Sequence record: NC_042013.1
DNA: 64,000 nucleotides
Direction: 5' to 3' (one strand)
Position 1 is the first letter of the stretch. Every line of letters begins with the position of its first letter. The notes under the pieces are model-generated. The model was given only the letters and a program-made list of their open reading frames with translations. It did no database searches and was not told where the DNA came from. Positions 9,062 through 17,987 of the stretch are shown piece after piece. The position numbers and the translations under genes were made by a program.

Positions 9062-9414
9062 CCACGACCACCTCGTGACGCATTAAGAATTTCGGGAACC
9101 GCGCCAGCAGCACTTGTATGTGATGGGTCATTGGTGACCTGAGCATAGTGGGTTGCCACGTCTTTACTAACTTCGCTATATGCAATGATAGCGGACTTGC
9201 GAATAGGAATTCGTTTCGTTTCAGGTGCACCAATAATCCAAGGAGCAAATGCTACCATTCCCTGACCGGATTGTTCATCAGGAATCATAACCATCAAAAG
9301 AGGAGTCTTTACGAGAAGCTCGTCTGTAGATGCGTCAACCGCGTGCGCCACAACCTCTTCGCCGGTAATGATCTTAAGGGTTACTACTTTGTTAACTAAA
9401 TTTGATAAATCCAT
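9058..9414 (-). CDS. Sm/SH3-like beta-barrel protein
   Basis: VVTLKIITGEEVVA pattern; SD AAGGA; late promoter upstream. Confidence 0.55.
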   Translation of the reverse strand: MDLSNLVNKVVTLKIITGEEVVAHAVDASTDELLVKTPLLMVMIPDEQSGQGMVAFAPWIIGAPETKRIPIRKSAIIAYSEVSKDVATHYAQVTNDPSHTSAAGAVPEILNASRGGRG

Positions 9415-9439
9415 TGTACGTGTCCTTTTATGGTAAGTG

Positions 9440-9445
9440 TATTTA
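9440..9445 (-). promoter_or_regulatory. T4-type late promoter core TAAATA
   Basis: TAAATA about 25 nt upstream of 9414. Confidence 0.55.
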
Positions 9446-9470
9446 GAATACCATAAAAGGTGGTAGTTTA

Positions 9471-9797
9471 TCAATAAAACATATGCGTAAATTTCAAAGG
9501 AAACGGCACAAAGGTGTCACTTTCACTTGTATAAATGGTAATGTCAATTAGACCAGAGTAGTTCTTTTTATCATTAACGATGCCGTGGACAAATATCGAG
9601 AACACAAATAGCTCGTCAAGATTTTCGCAGTATTCAACCACCTCTTTGATTTGATCAGCGGTTCCCGCCATCTTAATAGATGCGGTGAACTTGTTATAAA
9701 GAAGACAAGGGCTTTTATATTCAAACTTTGCCTTATCCTCGACCGTCGATTCGTAAACTATCATTTTTATTCTCCTATTTTGTGTATAGTATGACAC
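9471..9797 (-). CDS. hypothetical protein
   Basis: 108-aa ORF. Confidence 0.55.
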   Translation of the reverse strand: MSYYTQNRRIKMIVYESTVEDKAKFEYKSPCLLYNKFTASIKMAGTADQIKEVVEYCENLDELFVFSIFVHGIVNDKKNYSGLIDITIYTSESDTFVPFPLKFTHMFY

Positions 9798-9916
9798 ATT
9801 GATAGTAGATAGTCAAGTGGTCTTAAAAATGACGATCCGGTATTCCTTAAACGCATAACTTTTAGGCATATTTTTATGATAAGTAATAGTGGTATGCAAA
9901 TTTGGAGATACTTACA

Positions 9917-10066
9917 ATGTTAAGAGTTATGAATTATTGGATGAAAAGAAATACTGAAAATCGTGCGATTCGCGAATTGCATCGTATGACTGACCGTGAA
10001 TTGTTTGATATTGGCATTCCGCGTCATAGCATCGAACAAATTATTAGACATTCATCTGAAACTTGA
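9917..10066 (+). CDS. DUF1127 (YjiS-like) small protein, 49 aa, absent from ORF track
   Basis: MLRVMNYWMKRNTENRAIRELHRMTDRELFDIGIPRHSIEQIIRHSSET; SD GGAG; R..R.L..(L/M).D..L.DIGI.R motif. Confidence 0.85.
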   Translation: MLRVMNYWMKRNTENRAIRELHRMTDRELFDIGIPRHSIEQIIRHSSET

Positions 10067-10093
10067 GTACAATATGCCCCTTAACAGGGGCAT

Positions 10094-10360
10094 TTGTTTA
10101 TGTTGTATAAAACACATCCGTATATGATTATGATCGGTGTAGACACGCCGCATTCATATTTTTTTACTAAGTACAAAATATGGCATATTTCTGATTTCGA
10201 AAATCTTAACAACAAGATAATGGAATTTGAACCCGGCACAGTGTATTTTTCTTGGAGGAATAGAACTGCCCGTATATCAGACGACGAGATTGTTGTTGGT
10301 CCTGTTATATTTTTCAAGAATGAAGTTGATAAATTAACGTTCGTTCTTAGTTGTTTATAA
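10094..10360 (+). CDS. hypothetical protein
   Basis: C-term FFKNEVDKLTFVL motif. Confidence 0.55.
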   Translation: MFMLYKTHPYMIMIGVDTPHSYFFTKYKIWHISDFENLNNKIMEFEPGTVYFSWRNRTARISDDEIVVGPVIFFKNEVDKLTFVLSCL

Positions 10361-10372
10361 GGAAATGGCACG

Positions 10373-11161
10373 ATGGGCGTGAATTGGTATATTGATAAAA
10401 ATATTATAGATGAAAAATACGGAACCTCAAAACTGATCGAGGCTATTGATCTTCTTAAGCAAAATCCAATAGTAGTTGAGAAGCCATATACCAGCATTAA
10501 GACAGATAATGATTCACCCGGTATCATTTATGGAACCGTGCAATTTTGTAGTACATTTGGTTCAAACGTTTGTCCCGGCGTATTTGGTTACTTTGACATG
10601 GATGTAACGCGATACTATCCACGATACGGTGATTATTTGTTGAATTCAGAATACATTTGTCTTCCATACGGTTCATTGCGTCATAGTAAGAATATGATTT
10701 TTGATGTGTTTGGAGACGAAATTTTTATCAGACCAAACTCTGGAAAGAAAGTATTTACAGGGTTTACTATACATAGAGATGATTTCGATTTTGAAATCAA
10801 AGCACTTCAACACACCTCCCATATATATCTGGATACTCTTTGTGTTATCTCTTCGTCAAAAGTGTTCGGTAAAGAGTATCGTTTTTTTGTAAGCGACGGT
10901 GATATTGTAACGTATTCGTCTTATTCTTGGAACAAAGACGAGCCATACACATATGATGCACCCAAAGAAATGCTGGATACTGTAATTGAAATAGCTAACA
11001 ATGATTTTAGACCGGCTGATATATTTGTTGTTGATATGACAATGTATCAAGGAAAACCAAAAATAATTGAAATAAATTCGGCGTCATCATCTGGTTTATA
11101 TGGTTGCGACATTTTTGAATTTGTTAATGCTATGGGTAAATCAGCTATCCGCGAATATTGA
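10373..11161 (+). CDS. ATP-grasp domain protein (DUF4343/R2K-like)
   Basis: FIRPNSGKK, EYRFFV, FVVDM, IIEINSASSSGLY. Confidence 0.8.
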   Translation: MGVNWYIDKNIIDEKYGTSKLIEAIDLLKQNPIVVEKPYTSIKTDNDSPGIIYGTVQFCSTFGSNVCPGVFGYFDMDVTRYYPRYGDYLLNSEYICLPYGSLRHSKNMIFDVFGDEIFIRPNSGKKVFTGFTIHRDDFDFEIKALQHTSHIYLDTLCVISSSKVFGKEYRFFVSDGDIVTYSSYSWNKDEPYTYDAPKEMLDTVIEIANNDFRPADIFVVDMTMYQGKPKIIEINSASSSGLYGCDIFEFVNAMGKSAIREY

Positions 11162-11162
11162 G

Positions 11163-11212
11163 TTGACATTATTCCAAATTCAGTTTAAGCTTTTTTCAAA
11201 TGAAAGGAGCTT
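11163..11212 (+). promoter_or_regulatory. sigma70 promoter overlapping an SD-sequestering hairpin
   Basis: TTGACA-17-TAAGCT; 11187-11197 pairs with 11202-11212 (GAAAGGAGCTT), two G-U pairs. Confidence 0.7.
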
Positions 11213-11217
11213 TACGA

Positions 11218-11718
11218 ATGGTAACAAAATTTTCTGGAAAAATTTCTGGTCACTTGTTTGAAAAGTATAACGGCGACACTGTTCGTATTGAATCTTGGTA
11301 TTCGCGATTTACCAAAGTTCGCCGTGCCAAATTGTTGTTCCTTTCTGGTTGTCAGGGACACCGTTGTGCGATTTGTTCTGTAAAGACGTGGCATCCATCA
11401 TTTGGCGAACGTGGCCCGCATAAGCGTCGTGCTACCCTTGAACATGTTATTGCACAAGCAAATGGTGGTGGAGAACATCTAAGCAATCTTCTTATGACTT
11501 GTTTGGATTGCAATTCCCGCCGAGGTGATGGTGATATTTTTCTGTACGAATCTGTACTTAGATTTCTACCCCGCGAGAAGACTCGTTCTCCTGAACAAAT
11601 TGCAAAGAAACAAAATCGAAATGATCTGTTTATTTTGAACACTGCATATATGTGCGCGACGAATAAAAATATTTCGGTTATGATCGATTATTTTATTGAC
11701 CGGTTACGCACAGTTTGA
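11218..11718 (+). CDS. HNH endonuclease
   Basis: CAIC...TLEHVIAQANGG...NLLMTCLDCNSRRG. Confidence 0.85.
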   Translation: MVTKFSGKISGHLFEKYNGDTVRIESWYSRFTKVRRAKLLFLSGCQGHRCAICSVKTWHPSFGERGPHKRRATLEHVIAQANGGGEHLSNLLMTCLDCNSRRGDGDIFLYESVLRFLPREKTRSPEQIAKKQNRNDLFILNTAYMCATNKNISVMIDYFIDRLRTV

Positions 11719-11780
11719 TATAAAGGTTTTGTTAGCCGGGAATTGGAACAAACAATTCCTTAATAAAACTCTAATCCAAA

Positions 11781-11969
11781 ATGGATTTTTACATGACTGA
11801 AGAAAAGAAAGTTTCCATCAATCTCTGGTATGACGCATATAGCAAGCGTACGTCCGAAGGTTCCCTCAGTTCAATTTCGGTTTTTTATGACCGTTTTGAA
11901 AAGACCCCCCTTGAGGAAATTGATGAAGATCGGGACCGTCTCCTGCATCTTGTCAAGATTGGTGTATAA
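11781..11969 (+). CDS. hypothetical protein
   Basis: 62-aa ORF followed by terminator. Confidence 0.5.
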   Translation: MDFYMTEEKKVSINLWYDAYSKRTSEGSLSSISVFYDRFEKTPLEEIDEDRDRLLHLVKIGV

Positions 11970-11970
11970 T

Positions 11971-11998
11971 AAAAAGGGCGCTTAAAGCGCCCTTTTTT
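11971..11998. terminator. bidirectional intrinsic terminator
   Basis: AAAAAGGGCGC-TTAAA-GCGCCCTTTTTT between convergent genes. Confidence 0.85.
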
Positions 11999-12396
11999 CA
12001 TGGATGAGTTTTATATGGTAACTGGAAGTGTGGTCCATCCTTAAATGTCTTCCAATCTCCACCCCATTCAATAGGGACGTGAAGTTCTTTTGCTGCCTGC
12101 TTCATAGCATCTGAAATCATTTTGTAATATTTCATATCCCAACTAACAGATGTTCCAATATACGCGACAACGTCAACGGCTTTAGAGAAGCCATCTTTTC
12201 CCGGTATATGACGTGAATTCAAGGTGGTTGTTGCACCTTCAGCCAATAGTTTCTTCTGTTCGGTTAACGTTCTCACGCCGCACGTAATACCGAAATCGAC
12301 CTCAGTGATTTGAATAGCTCTTTTAACCACTTTTACTAAATCAGGATGAACACCTGAAAGACGGTCAAGGCTTCGTTTGCTTAGATTGTATCCCAT
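11998..12396 (-). CDS. endolysin, peptidase M15 (L-Ala-D-Glu peptidase, T5-like)
   Basis: SRH...AVD and DGPHFQL zinc motifs. Confidence 0.9.
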   Translation of the reverse strand: MGYNLSKRSLDRLSGVHPDLVKVVKRAIQITEVDFGITCGVRTLTEQKKLLAEGATTTLNSRHIPGKDGFSKAVDVVAYIGTSVSWDMKYYKMISDAMKQAAKELHVPIEWGGDWKTFKDGPHFQLPYKTHP

Positions 12397-12399
12397 GAG

Positions 12400-12436
12400 A
12401 AATACCTCCGAAAAAGTTAATCTTCGAAGGTATTTA
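12400..12436 (-). promoter_or_regulatory. late promoter embedded in SD-occluding hairpin of the endolysin
   Basis: TAAATA at 12431-12436; 13-bp stem 12400-12412/12423-12435 covers GGAGG. Confidence 0.8.
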
Positions 12437-12459
12437 TTGGATATTTATATATTTTTGAT

Positions 12460-12786
12460 TTAGGCCAGAATGTCCTTTGCCATAACGAACTGTGCCGTCA
12501 CAATGTCGTCTTCGTCATCAAACACCATATTAACAACATAGTGCTTGTCAAGAATGAGACCCTCATCCTTAACGTCCTTGAACGAAATCTGTTCACCCTC
12601 ATTAACTGGCGGAACGAACATAGAACGCAGAGCAACGCGGACCAGCTTATAATTAACAATTTCACGGTCCTTGAGGAGTTTAACATATTCCTTTCGAAGG
12701 AAAATATTTTCTGCAAGATCAACACCGCGATGCTTTTCGTCAGTAGTAAACCAACGGTCAAACGGGATACGAAGGGCATTTTCCAT
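12460..12786 (-). CDS. hypothetical protein
   Basis: SD AAGGAGAG. Confidence 0.65.
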   Translation of the reverse strand: MENALRIPFDRWFTTDEKHRGVDLAENIFLRKEYVKLLKDREIVNYKLVRVALRSMFVPPVNEGEQISFKDVKDEGLILDKHYVVNMVFDDEDDIVTAQFVMAKDILA

Positions 12787-12826
12787 AATATTCTCTCCTT
12801 TTCAATTTCAACAATGCAACTTAACT

Positions 12827-13405
12827 TTAGTTTAGTTCGATGTCAATATATTCTAGTTCATTCAGGCAAATAAATCTGGTTCCATTGATGATGTAATCAA
12901 ACGACTTATGATAATGACCAAAGAACCAAACTTTAGGCTGATGCTCTTCAAAAAGCGCCTGTAACGTTTGCTGCGTGCGCGTGTGGCGATGATCGAAGTA
13001 CCCAAGCAAATACGCCTGCGCTTCAATAGGAGCATCGTGTGTGAACATATATGACGGCTTGGTATCGATATATTTTCCACCAATGTCATACAATTCAATG
13101 TTGGAGAGTTCTTCATCCTCCCACCAATCAACGTCCTTAGTTCTCATATGAATATCGGTTGAACGTGCGCCGCCAATAAAGAACATACCATTCTCAAAAT
13201 GACCATCTGGAATCCAGTTTGGATGTTCTTTGCACTTTGCTGGATCATCGTGATTGCCGCGAATAAATCGATCTTTTTTGTCCATTGGGGGGATATCGCC
13301 AAACCCTACGCCAAAATCACCAACTTGAATTGTTGGATGATTTACGTTGATAACTTCTCGATATTTTTCGTCTTTGCCATGACGATCACCAATTACCCGT
13401 AGCAT
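12827..13405 (-). CDS. calcineurin-like metallophosphoesterase
   Basis: GDRHG, VGDFG, RGNHD, THDAP, FGHYH. Confidence 0.9.
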   Translation of the reverse strand: MLRVIGDRHGKDEKYREVINVNHPTIQVGDFGVGFGDIPPMDKKDRFIRGNHDDPAKCKEHPNWIPDGHFENGMFFIGGARSTDIHMRTKDVDWWEDEELSNIELYDIGGKYIDTKPSYMFTHDAPIEAQAYLLGYFDHRHTRTQQTLQALFEEHQPKVWFFGHYHKSFDYIINGTRFICLNELEYIDIELN

Positions 13406-13536
13406 AATCAAACTCCATTTGAATTAATCATTCTGGTAGTTTATTTGTATTTACAAAAATGTCAACAGATAAATACCGTTACCTTGAACTAAACCCTCAA
13501 GATAATTTCAACATCCAATTAAGTTAGGATAACACT

Positions 13537-14271
13537 ATGACTACTATCTCACGCTACGACTGTCTCTTGACGACTATAAATTACGGCAAATCACCAACGG
13601 TTGATGATTTAATTACCGATTCTGAAAAAATTTATCAATATCTTAATCAGTTAGGCGAAACTCGCTCCATTAGAGATTTTTATCAATCTCTGCCCTCTAT
13701 TACCCATTATAAATTTCAAGAAGAAACCCTTACGCAGATAGATGGTGACTATCATAAAAATTATCTAATCACAGGACGCCAAGTTGGATCGTCTACTATC
13801 GGTGCAATATTTGCATTGCATCGCGCCGTTAACAAAGGTGATAACGTTTATATCGTATGCGCAAATGCCGCAGCTTGTAGTAACTTGGAAAGCTTGGTGA
13901 GTAATTTATATTCTCACATTTCAGAAAGTTACAACGGACATTCTATTAATCATTATAAGGGAGGCGGAAACATACATTTTGTTAGTTCGTCACATAGTAT
14001 ACCAAATGGTTCGGTGATTATTATAAACGATCTTACAAATGTGAGATATGCTGATTTTTCGGCAATGTCTGATTCAATCAATAAGTCTAAGAAATTTCTT
14101 GCTTATGGATGCTTGTCAAAGGATGATAACAACCCAATCAATCAACGTTTAACGTGCGGCGAAAAGGACACCTTTGATAAAATCCTACCTTCTCACTTAA
14201 GAGTTGATACCTCCAAGATCAGAAATACGGTTGATCCTGAAACTTTCAAAAGAGAATACTGTGAATTTTAA
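13537..14271 (+). CDS. degenerate terminase-large-subunit ATPase paralogue (no nuclease domain)
   Basis: RQVGSSTIGAIFALH vs T4 gp17 RQLGKTTVVAIFLAH; YKFQ Q-motif; ends TFKREYCEF. Confidence 0.7.
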   Translation: MTTISRYDCLLTTINYGKSPTVDDLITDSEKIYQYLNQLGETRSIRDFYQSLPSITHYKFQEETLTQIDGDYHKNYLITGRQVGSSTIGAIFALHRAVNKGDNVYIVCANAAACSNLESLVSNLYSHISESYNGHSINHYKGGGNIHFVSSSHSIPNGSVIIINDLTNVRYADFSAMSDSINKSKKFLAYGCLSKDDNNPINQRLTCGEKDTFDKILPSHLRVDTSKIRNTVDPETFKREYCEF

Positions 14272-14277
14272 AAATAA

Positions 14278-14299
14278 AAAGCCCCTTTTTAGGGGCTTT
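14278..14299. terminator. bidirectional terminator
   Basis: AAAGCCCCT-TTTT-AGGGGCTTT. Confidence 0.8.
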
Positions 14300-14693
14300 G
14301 TTTTGTCTTATTATGGATATTTTTCCAGTTCAAAATAACATCTTTGTATACCGCCGAATGAGAAAATGTCCATTCGTACATATCGTCTTGTTTTTCAAAG
14401 CCAGTCTCGTATCGAAGGCGCATAATGGTATATTGTTTTGCTTGTGCTTCCAGCCAAGCCGTAAATGAATCATAATCAGTTACGTCACGAGAAATTTTAT
14501 ATGAATCAGTTGGTAATTCGCCATTTAGCAATTCCGCAACAGTGTACATTCCACGTGCAATCAATGCCTCATTAATATCAATCTCAGATGCCTCGGTAAA
14601 AACTTTTTCAGCATCAGTTACGTTTGGATCAGTTGTACCATCTACATAGACCCATGCACCATCATTTTTATATCGCCATCCAACGTGAATCAT
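14289..14693 (-). CDS. hypothetical protein
   Basis: SD GAGGA. Confidence 0.65.
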   Translation of the reverse strand: MIHVGWRYKNDGAWVYVDGTTDPNVTDAEKVFTEASEIDINEALIARGMYTVAELLNGELPTDSYKISRDVTDYDSFTAWLEAQAKQYTIMRLRYETGFEKQDDMYEWTFSHSAVYKDVILNWKNIHNKTKQSP

Positions 14694-14702
14694 TTTAAAT
14701 CC

Positions 14703-15335
14703 TCAGCAACTTACAGTGCGCTTTTCAAAATCTTCTTGCGCGAATTTTTTGGCTTGTTCGTAAGATGTATAATATTCTTGAAAATAGATAGATTGACTAT
14801 CCTCAAGTTGTAAAATAACATCAAATTTGTTCTTACTCAAATGACGTACAACATACGTCATAAAAGAATTCGGGCGCGCTCGAATATCATGACCGGGTTC
14901 ACCACCATCGCTGTCCCATACCAATTCTTTTGATAGTGACTTGATAATTTCGTCCTTAATAATCACGAACTCAGCAATCGTTTCAGCATTGCGAACTCGC
15001 TCGATGATGTTTTCGTCTGGATTATATCTCTTTATGAATTTTTTTGCTTTAATATCATAAAACTCACCGTTCAACATTTTGAAAATGTAACCTTTACGAA
15101 TATCAATATAGCCGTCTATACCAGAAACAATAAGATCATCGTCTTCATTAATAGAAATTACGATATAATACTTATCATCGATGACCATAGCATTTTCATA
15201 AGGGGCAACCTCAATATACCCGAGAATAATATCCTCATTTGGGACGTTCGTAAAAAACAAATCCCATTCCCTTTTAGAATATCGAATACCGGCTGCAAGT
15301 TTCGAAGATTCATCAAATTCACGAATTAATGTCAT
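14703..15335 (-). CDS. hypothetical protein (paralogue of 15335..15667 plus extra C-term)
   Basis: GY(I/V)EVAPYE shared. Confidence 0.7.
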   Translation of the reverse strand: MTLIREFDESSKLAAGIRYSKREWDLFFTNVPNEDIILGYIEVAPYENAMVIDDKYYIVISINEDDDLIVSGIDGYIDIRKGYIFKMLNGEFYDIKAKKFIKRYNPDENIIERVRNAETIAEFVIIKDEIIKSLSKELVWDSDGGEPGHDIRARPNSFMTYVVRHLSKNKFDVILQLEDSQSIYFQEYYTSYEQAKKFAQEDFEKRTVSC

Positions 15336-15667
15336 TATTGTCCCTCACTGGTATCGGCAACGAAGAGTTCGTTCTCTACATCAAAAATTTCACCTTGAAG
15401 CATTCTAAATACAATATCATTGCTAATATTAATGACGCCATTGGCATCTGCGGCATATAGACTACAAGAGTTATTATGTGATAAAACAGTTACTACGATA
15501 TAATGTTTGCCATCAACGCGTAATGCAAATTCATAAGGTGCGACCTCGACGTACCCTATGATATAATCATCTCCGGTAACTCCAAAAAAAATTTCATATG
15601 ACTCTTTCGACAATGATAACAATGCTTGAATCTTTATACTGTCATCAAATTGTCGAACAGTTACCAT
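15335..15667 (-). CDS. hypothetical protein
   Basis: GYVEVAPYE shared with neighbour. Confidence 0.7.
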   Translation of the reverse strand: MVTVRQFDDSIKIQALLSLSKESYEIFFGVTGDDYIIGYVEVAPYEFALRVDGKHYIVVTVLSHNNSCSLYAADANGVINISNDIVFRMLQGEIFDVENELFVADTSEGQ

Positions 15668-15687
15668 TTCATTTTGCCTTTTAATGA

Positions 15688-16158
15688 CTAAGAATATTCT
15701 ATTTCGGTATCGATTGTAATAGGCCGAATTACATATTTCAAATCGATACGTGACGAGATTTTTTCATAATCGTCTTTCGTCAATTCATACGTATCGTATT
15801 TTTTCTTAACACGTTCATATTCTTGTTTGATAATTTCAAGACGAGAAACATTATATTCTTCCAACTTATTTCTAAGTTCATTATATTGAGAATATTCCGG
15901 TTCGGTTTGCATAATTATTTTATCGATATGGGTATTATAAAACCCAATCAATTCATTTTGCATTTCTTTAAAAGAATTTTCAGGTTCTTTCATTTCAGCC
16001 GAAATCAAAACCAGTTCGATGTATGTTTCTTTGGAATGTTCAAAATATTCCATCAAAATAGAACCAAGTGCCTCTGACGCCTTGGCCTCGGAGGAATAAA
16101 CACCAACTATTTTTGGAGAAAGATAACTTTCGTATGCTGTTTCCTCAAGAATGAACAT
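15688..16158 (-). CDS. hypothetical coiled-coil protein
   Basis: Start set at MFILEE. Confidence 0.6.
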   Translation of the reverse strand: MFILEETAYESYLSPKIVGVYSSEAKASEALGSILMEYFEHSKETYIELVLISAEMKEPENSFKEMQNELIGFYNTHIDKIIMQTEPEYSQYNELRNKLEEYNVSRLEIIKQEYERVKKKYDTYELTKDDYEKISSRIDLKYVIRPITIDTEIEYS

Positions 16159-16385
16159 TAGGAAACCTTCCGAAGGCAATGTTCGGTCATCGTAATGGCG
16201 GATACGGTGATTTCCGTATCCTTTACGATTTCGTAAGTATGTGGTTCATCAAGGCTGATGATATAAAAAGCCATTTCGGCAAAAACAGACGAAACACCAA
16301 CAACGGTGGCCTGTTTACCATCCAATGTTGAGTCGTTAGTCGAATGAATTTCAACGCGATCATTCATTTCAAATGTAAGTGCCAT
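16158..16385 (-). CDS. small SH3/KOW-like protein
   Basis: DRVEI...GKQATVVG...YIISLD. Confidence 0.5.
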   Translation of the reverse strand: MALTFEMNDRVEIHSTNDSTLDGKQATVVGVSSVFAEMAFYIISLDEPHTYEIVKDTEITVSAITMTEHCLRKVS

Positions 16386-16396
16386 TATATAACCTT

Positions 16397-16615
16397 TCAC
16401 CAAAATCTAAACGGGTCTTTTTTGAATGTCGGTATACAATCATACCGATAAACAGTGTTGTTCTTTAATTCATAATTTAATTCAGTCTGCTTGTCAACAC
16501 ACTCTGGCAAACTATCAAAACGAATTGTTTCACGTTGTAATGACAATGGTATGTCCATTGGATGACCACTTACATTCACCAAAATTAAAATTGCACCAAC
16601 TACATCAACGCTCAT
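16397..16615 (-). CDS. hypothetical protein
   Basis: Operon packing. Confidence 0.55.
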   Translation of the reverse strand: MSVDVVGAILILVNVSGHPMDIPLSLQRETIRFDSLPECVDKQTELNYELKNNTVYRYDCIPTFKKDPFRFW

Positions 16616-16938
16616 ATCAAGTCCTTTAAAATCTCTGGTAGTTTTCTATGAAATAATATTTCTATCAATTGTTCTTGTTTTACATATTTGATATTATAAC
16701 GTTCCCCATCCGTAAGCTCTACTACCCAACGTCCAGAGGTTGCGTGGGTAATTCGTAAAATTTGTGGATGAATATCGAATTTCATGTTGGCTGGAAATAA
16801 ATCAGATATATCGACTGATATTAGATCATACCCATATGTGAATGATTCATTACTATCAATAGTAAAATTATGAACATTAGGATAACCCAATAGTTGGGTC
16901 CAAACATTCAAATAGTATTCGTTCGATTGTATTTTCAT
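16612..16938 (-). CDS. hypothetical protein (paralogue of 16877..17239)
   Basis: D(I/L)S...P...MKFDI.P...RI shared. Confidence 0.55.
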   Translation of the reverse strand: MKIQSNEYYLNVWTQLLGYPNVHNFTIDSNESFTYGYDLISVDISDLFPANMKFDIHPQILRITHATSGRWVVELTDGERYNIKYVKQEQLIEILFHRKLPEILKDLI

Positions 16939-17239
16939 TAAAATCACCATGATAAGCAACATATTCATATTTGTTATAATAACAGCTAACGTAGCCCTCA
17001 GGCGATATATGTATTCTATTAAAAATTGGATTAATGTCAAATTTCATCACCCAATCTGGATGTATCTCAGAAAGGTCATAAACATAATAACTTCCACCAT
17101 TAACACGCACGTAAAATCTATAATCGCATTCATTTGGTAAGTTATTGTTAAAGTCTCTCCATTTAAAAGACCAATGTGGTAACAATTCCGCATTTGGCGG
17201 AATTATGATTATTTGACAATGTTGTTCCCAAATTTTCAT
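16877..17239 (-). CDS. hypothetical protein
   Basis: MKFDINP motif shared with neighbour. Confidence 0.55.
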   Translation of the reverse strand: MKIWEQHCQIIIIPPNAELLPHWSFKWRDFNNNLPNECDYRFYVRVNGGSYYVYDLSEIHPDWVMKFDINPIFNRIHISPEGYVSCYYNKYEYVAYHGDFNENTIERILFECLDPTIGLS

Positions 17240-17485
17240 TTCATTCCAAACATTCAGTTGACTTTTTTAAATACTAAGGTAAACTGGTGACAAGTTAACA
17301 AAGAGGAGATTTCAAATGTATTGCACTTGTCGCGATTGTAAAGCAATGAAACGTAAAGGTAAGGTTCTTGGTTCTGTACTTCTTAAACACCTCGGTCCAC
17401 GTGCCTATCACGTTTCTGCTTATGTTGATTATCCTAAATTTGCCAAGGGGCGCGTTCGTAAAGAGAAGAACACGCCTCTTGACGA

Positions 17486-17953
17486 TCAATAAACAATCTT
17501 ATTGACATCCTCCAAACTTGCAAAGAAACGAAGTCTGTTTTTCTTTGTAATATTTGGTAGCTTGTTAATATTAAACGTAAGGGATGAAAAATCGTTCATA
17601 CCCTTACGAATATAAATCCGGTCAATTGTAAGTTCAGTTCCTAATGGCAACGTTACGGGGTATTCAATTTCAGTACGGGTTATTTCATAACCATCCCATA
17701 AACTCTTGCGTTTAGACCGTTCCTCTGGAGAAAGTTGTTCATACTCTTCCATCGCGTTTTTCAAGTATTGCTTTTCTTTTTTTACCTCAATTTCTATTGC
17801 TTTTTCGTGTTCTTTAACCAAACGCTCATTAGTTTCAGAATCGACCATCAAATCCCATAGCGAAGTATTGCGATACTCTTTCATCAACATGAAAGTCCAA
17901 TCACTCGCCAACGTGAATTTAAATCCAACTTCAGGTATATTAAAAAACATCAT
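17486..17953 (-). CDS. hypothetical phage protein
   Basis: TLPLGTELTIDRIYIRKG. Confidence 0.7.
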   Translation of the reverse strand: MMFFNIPEVGFKFTLASDWTFMLMKEYRNTSLWDLMVDSETNERLVKEHEKAIEIEVKKEKQYLKNAMEEYEQLSPEERSKRKSLWDGYEITRTEIEYPVTLPLGTELTIDRIYIRKGMNDFSSLTFNINKLPNITKKNRLRFFASLEDVNKIVY

Positions 17954-17987
17954 TTACTCCACTTGAAATAACTATTGTATCACGCGA

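Noticed and set aside
11200-11718. HNH as an intron-encoded homing endonuclease
   Set aside because: No split host gene or group I core around it; it has its own promoter and SD
11781-12786. Holin or spanin next to the endolysin
   Set aside because: Neighbouring ORFs lack TM helices or lipoboxes; small two-TM ORFs elsewhere (e.g. 30536..30694) cannot be assigned from sequence alone
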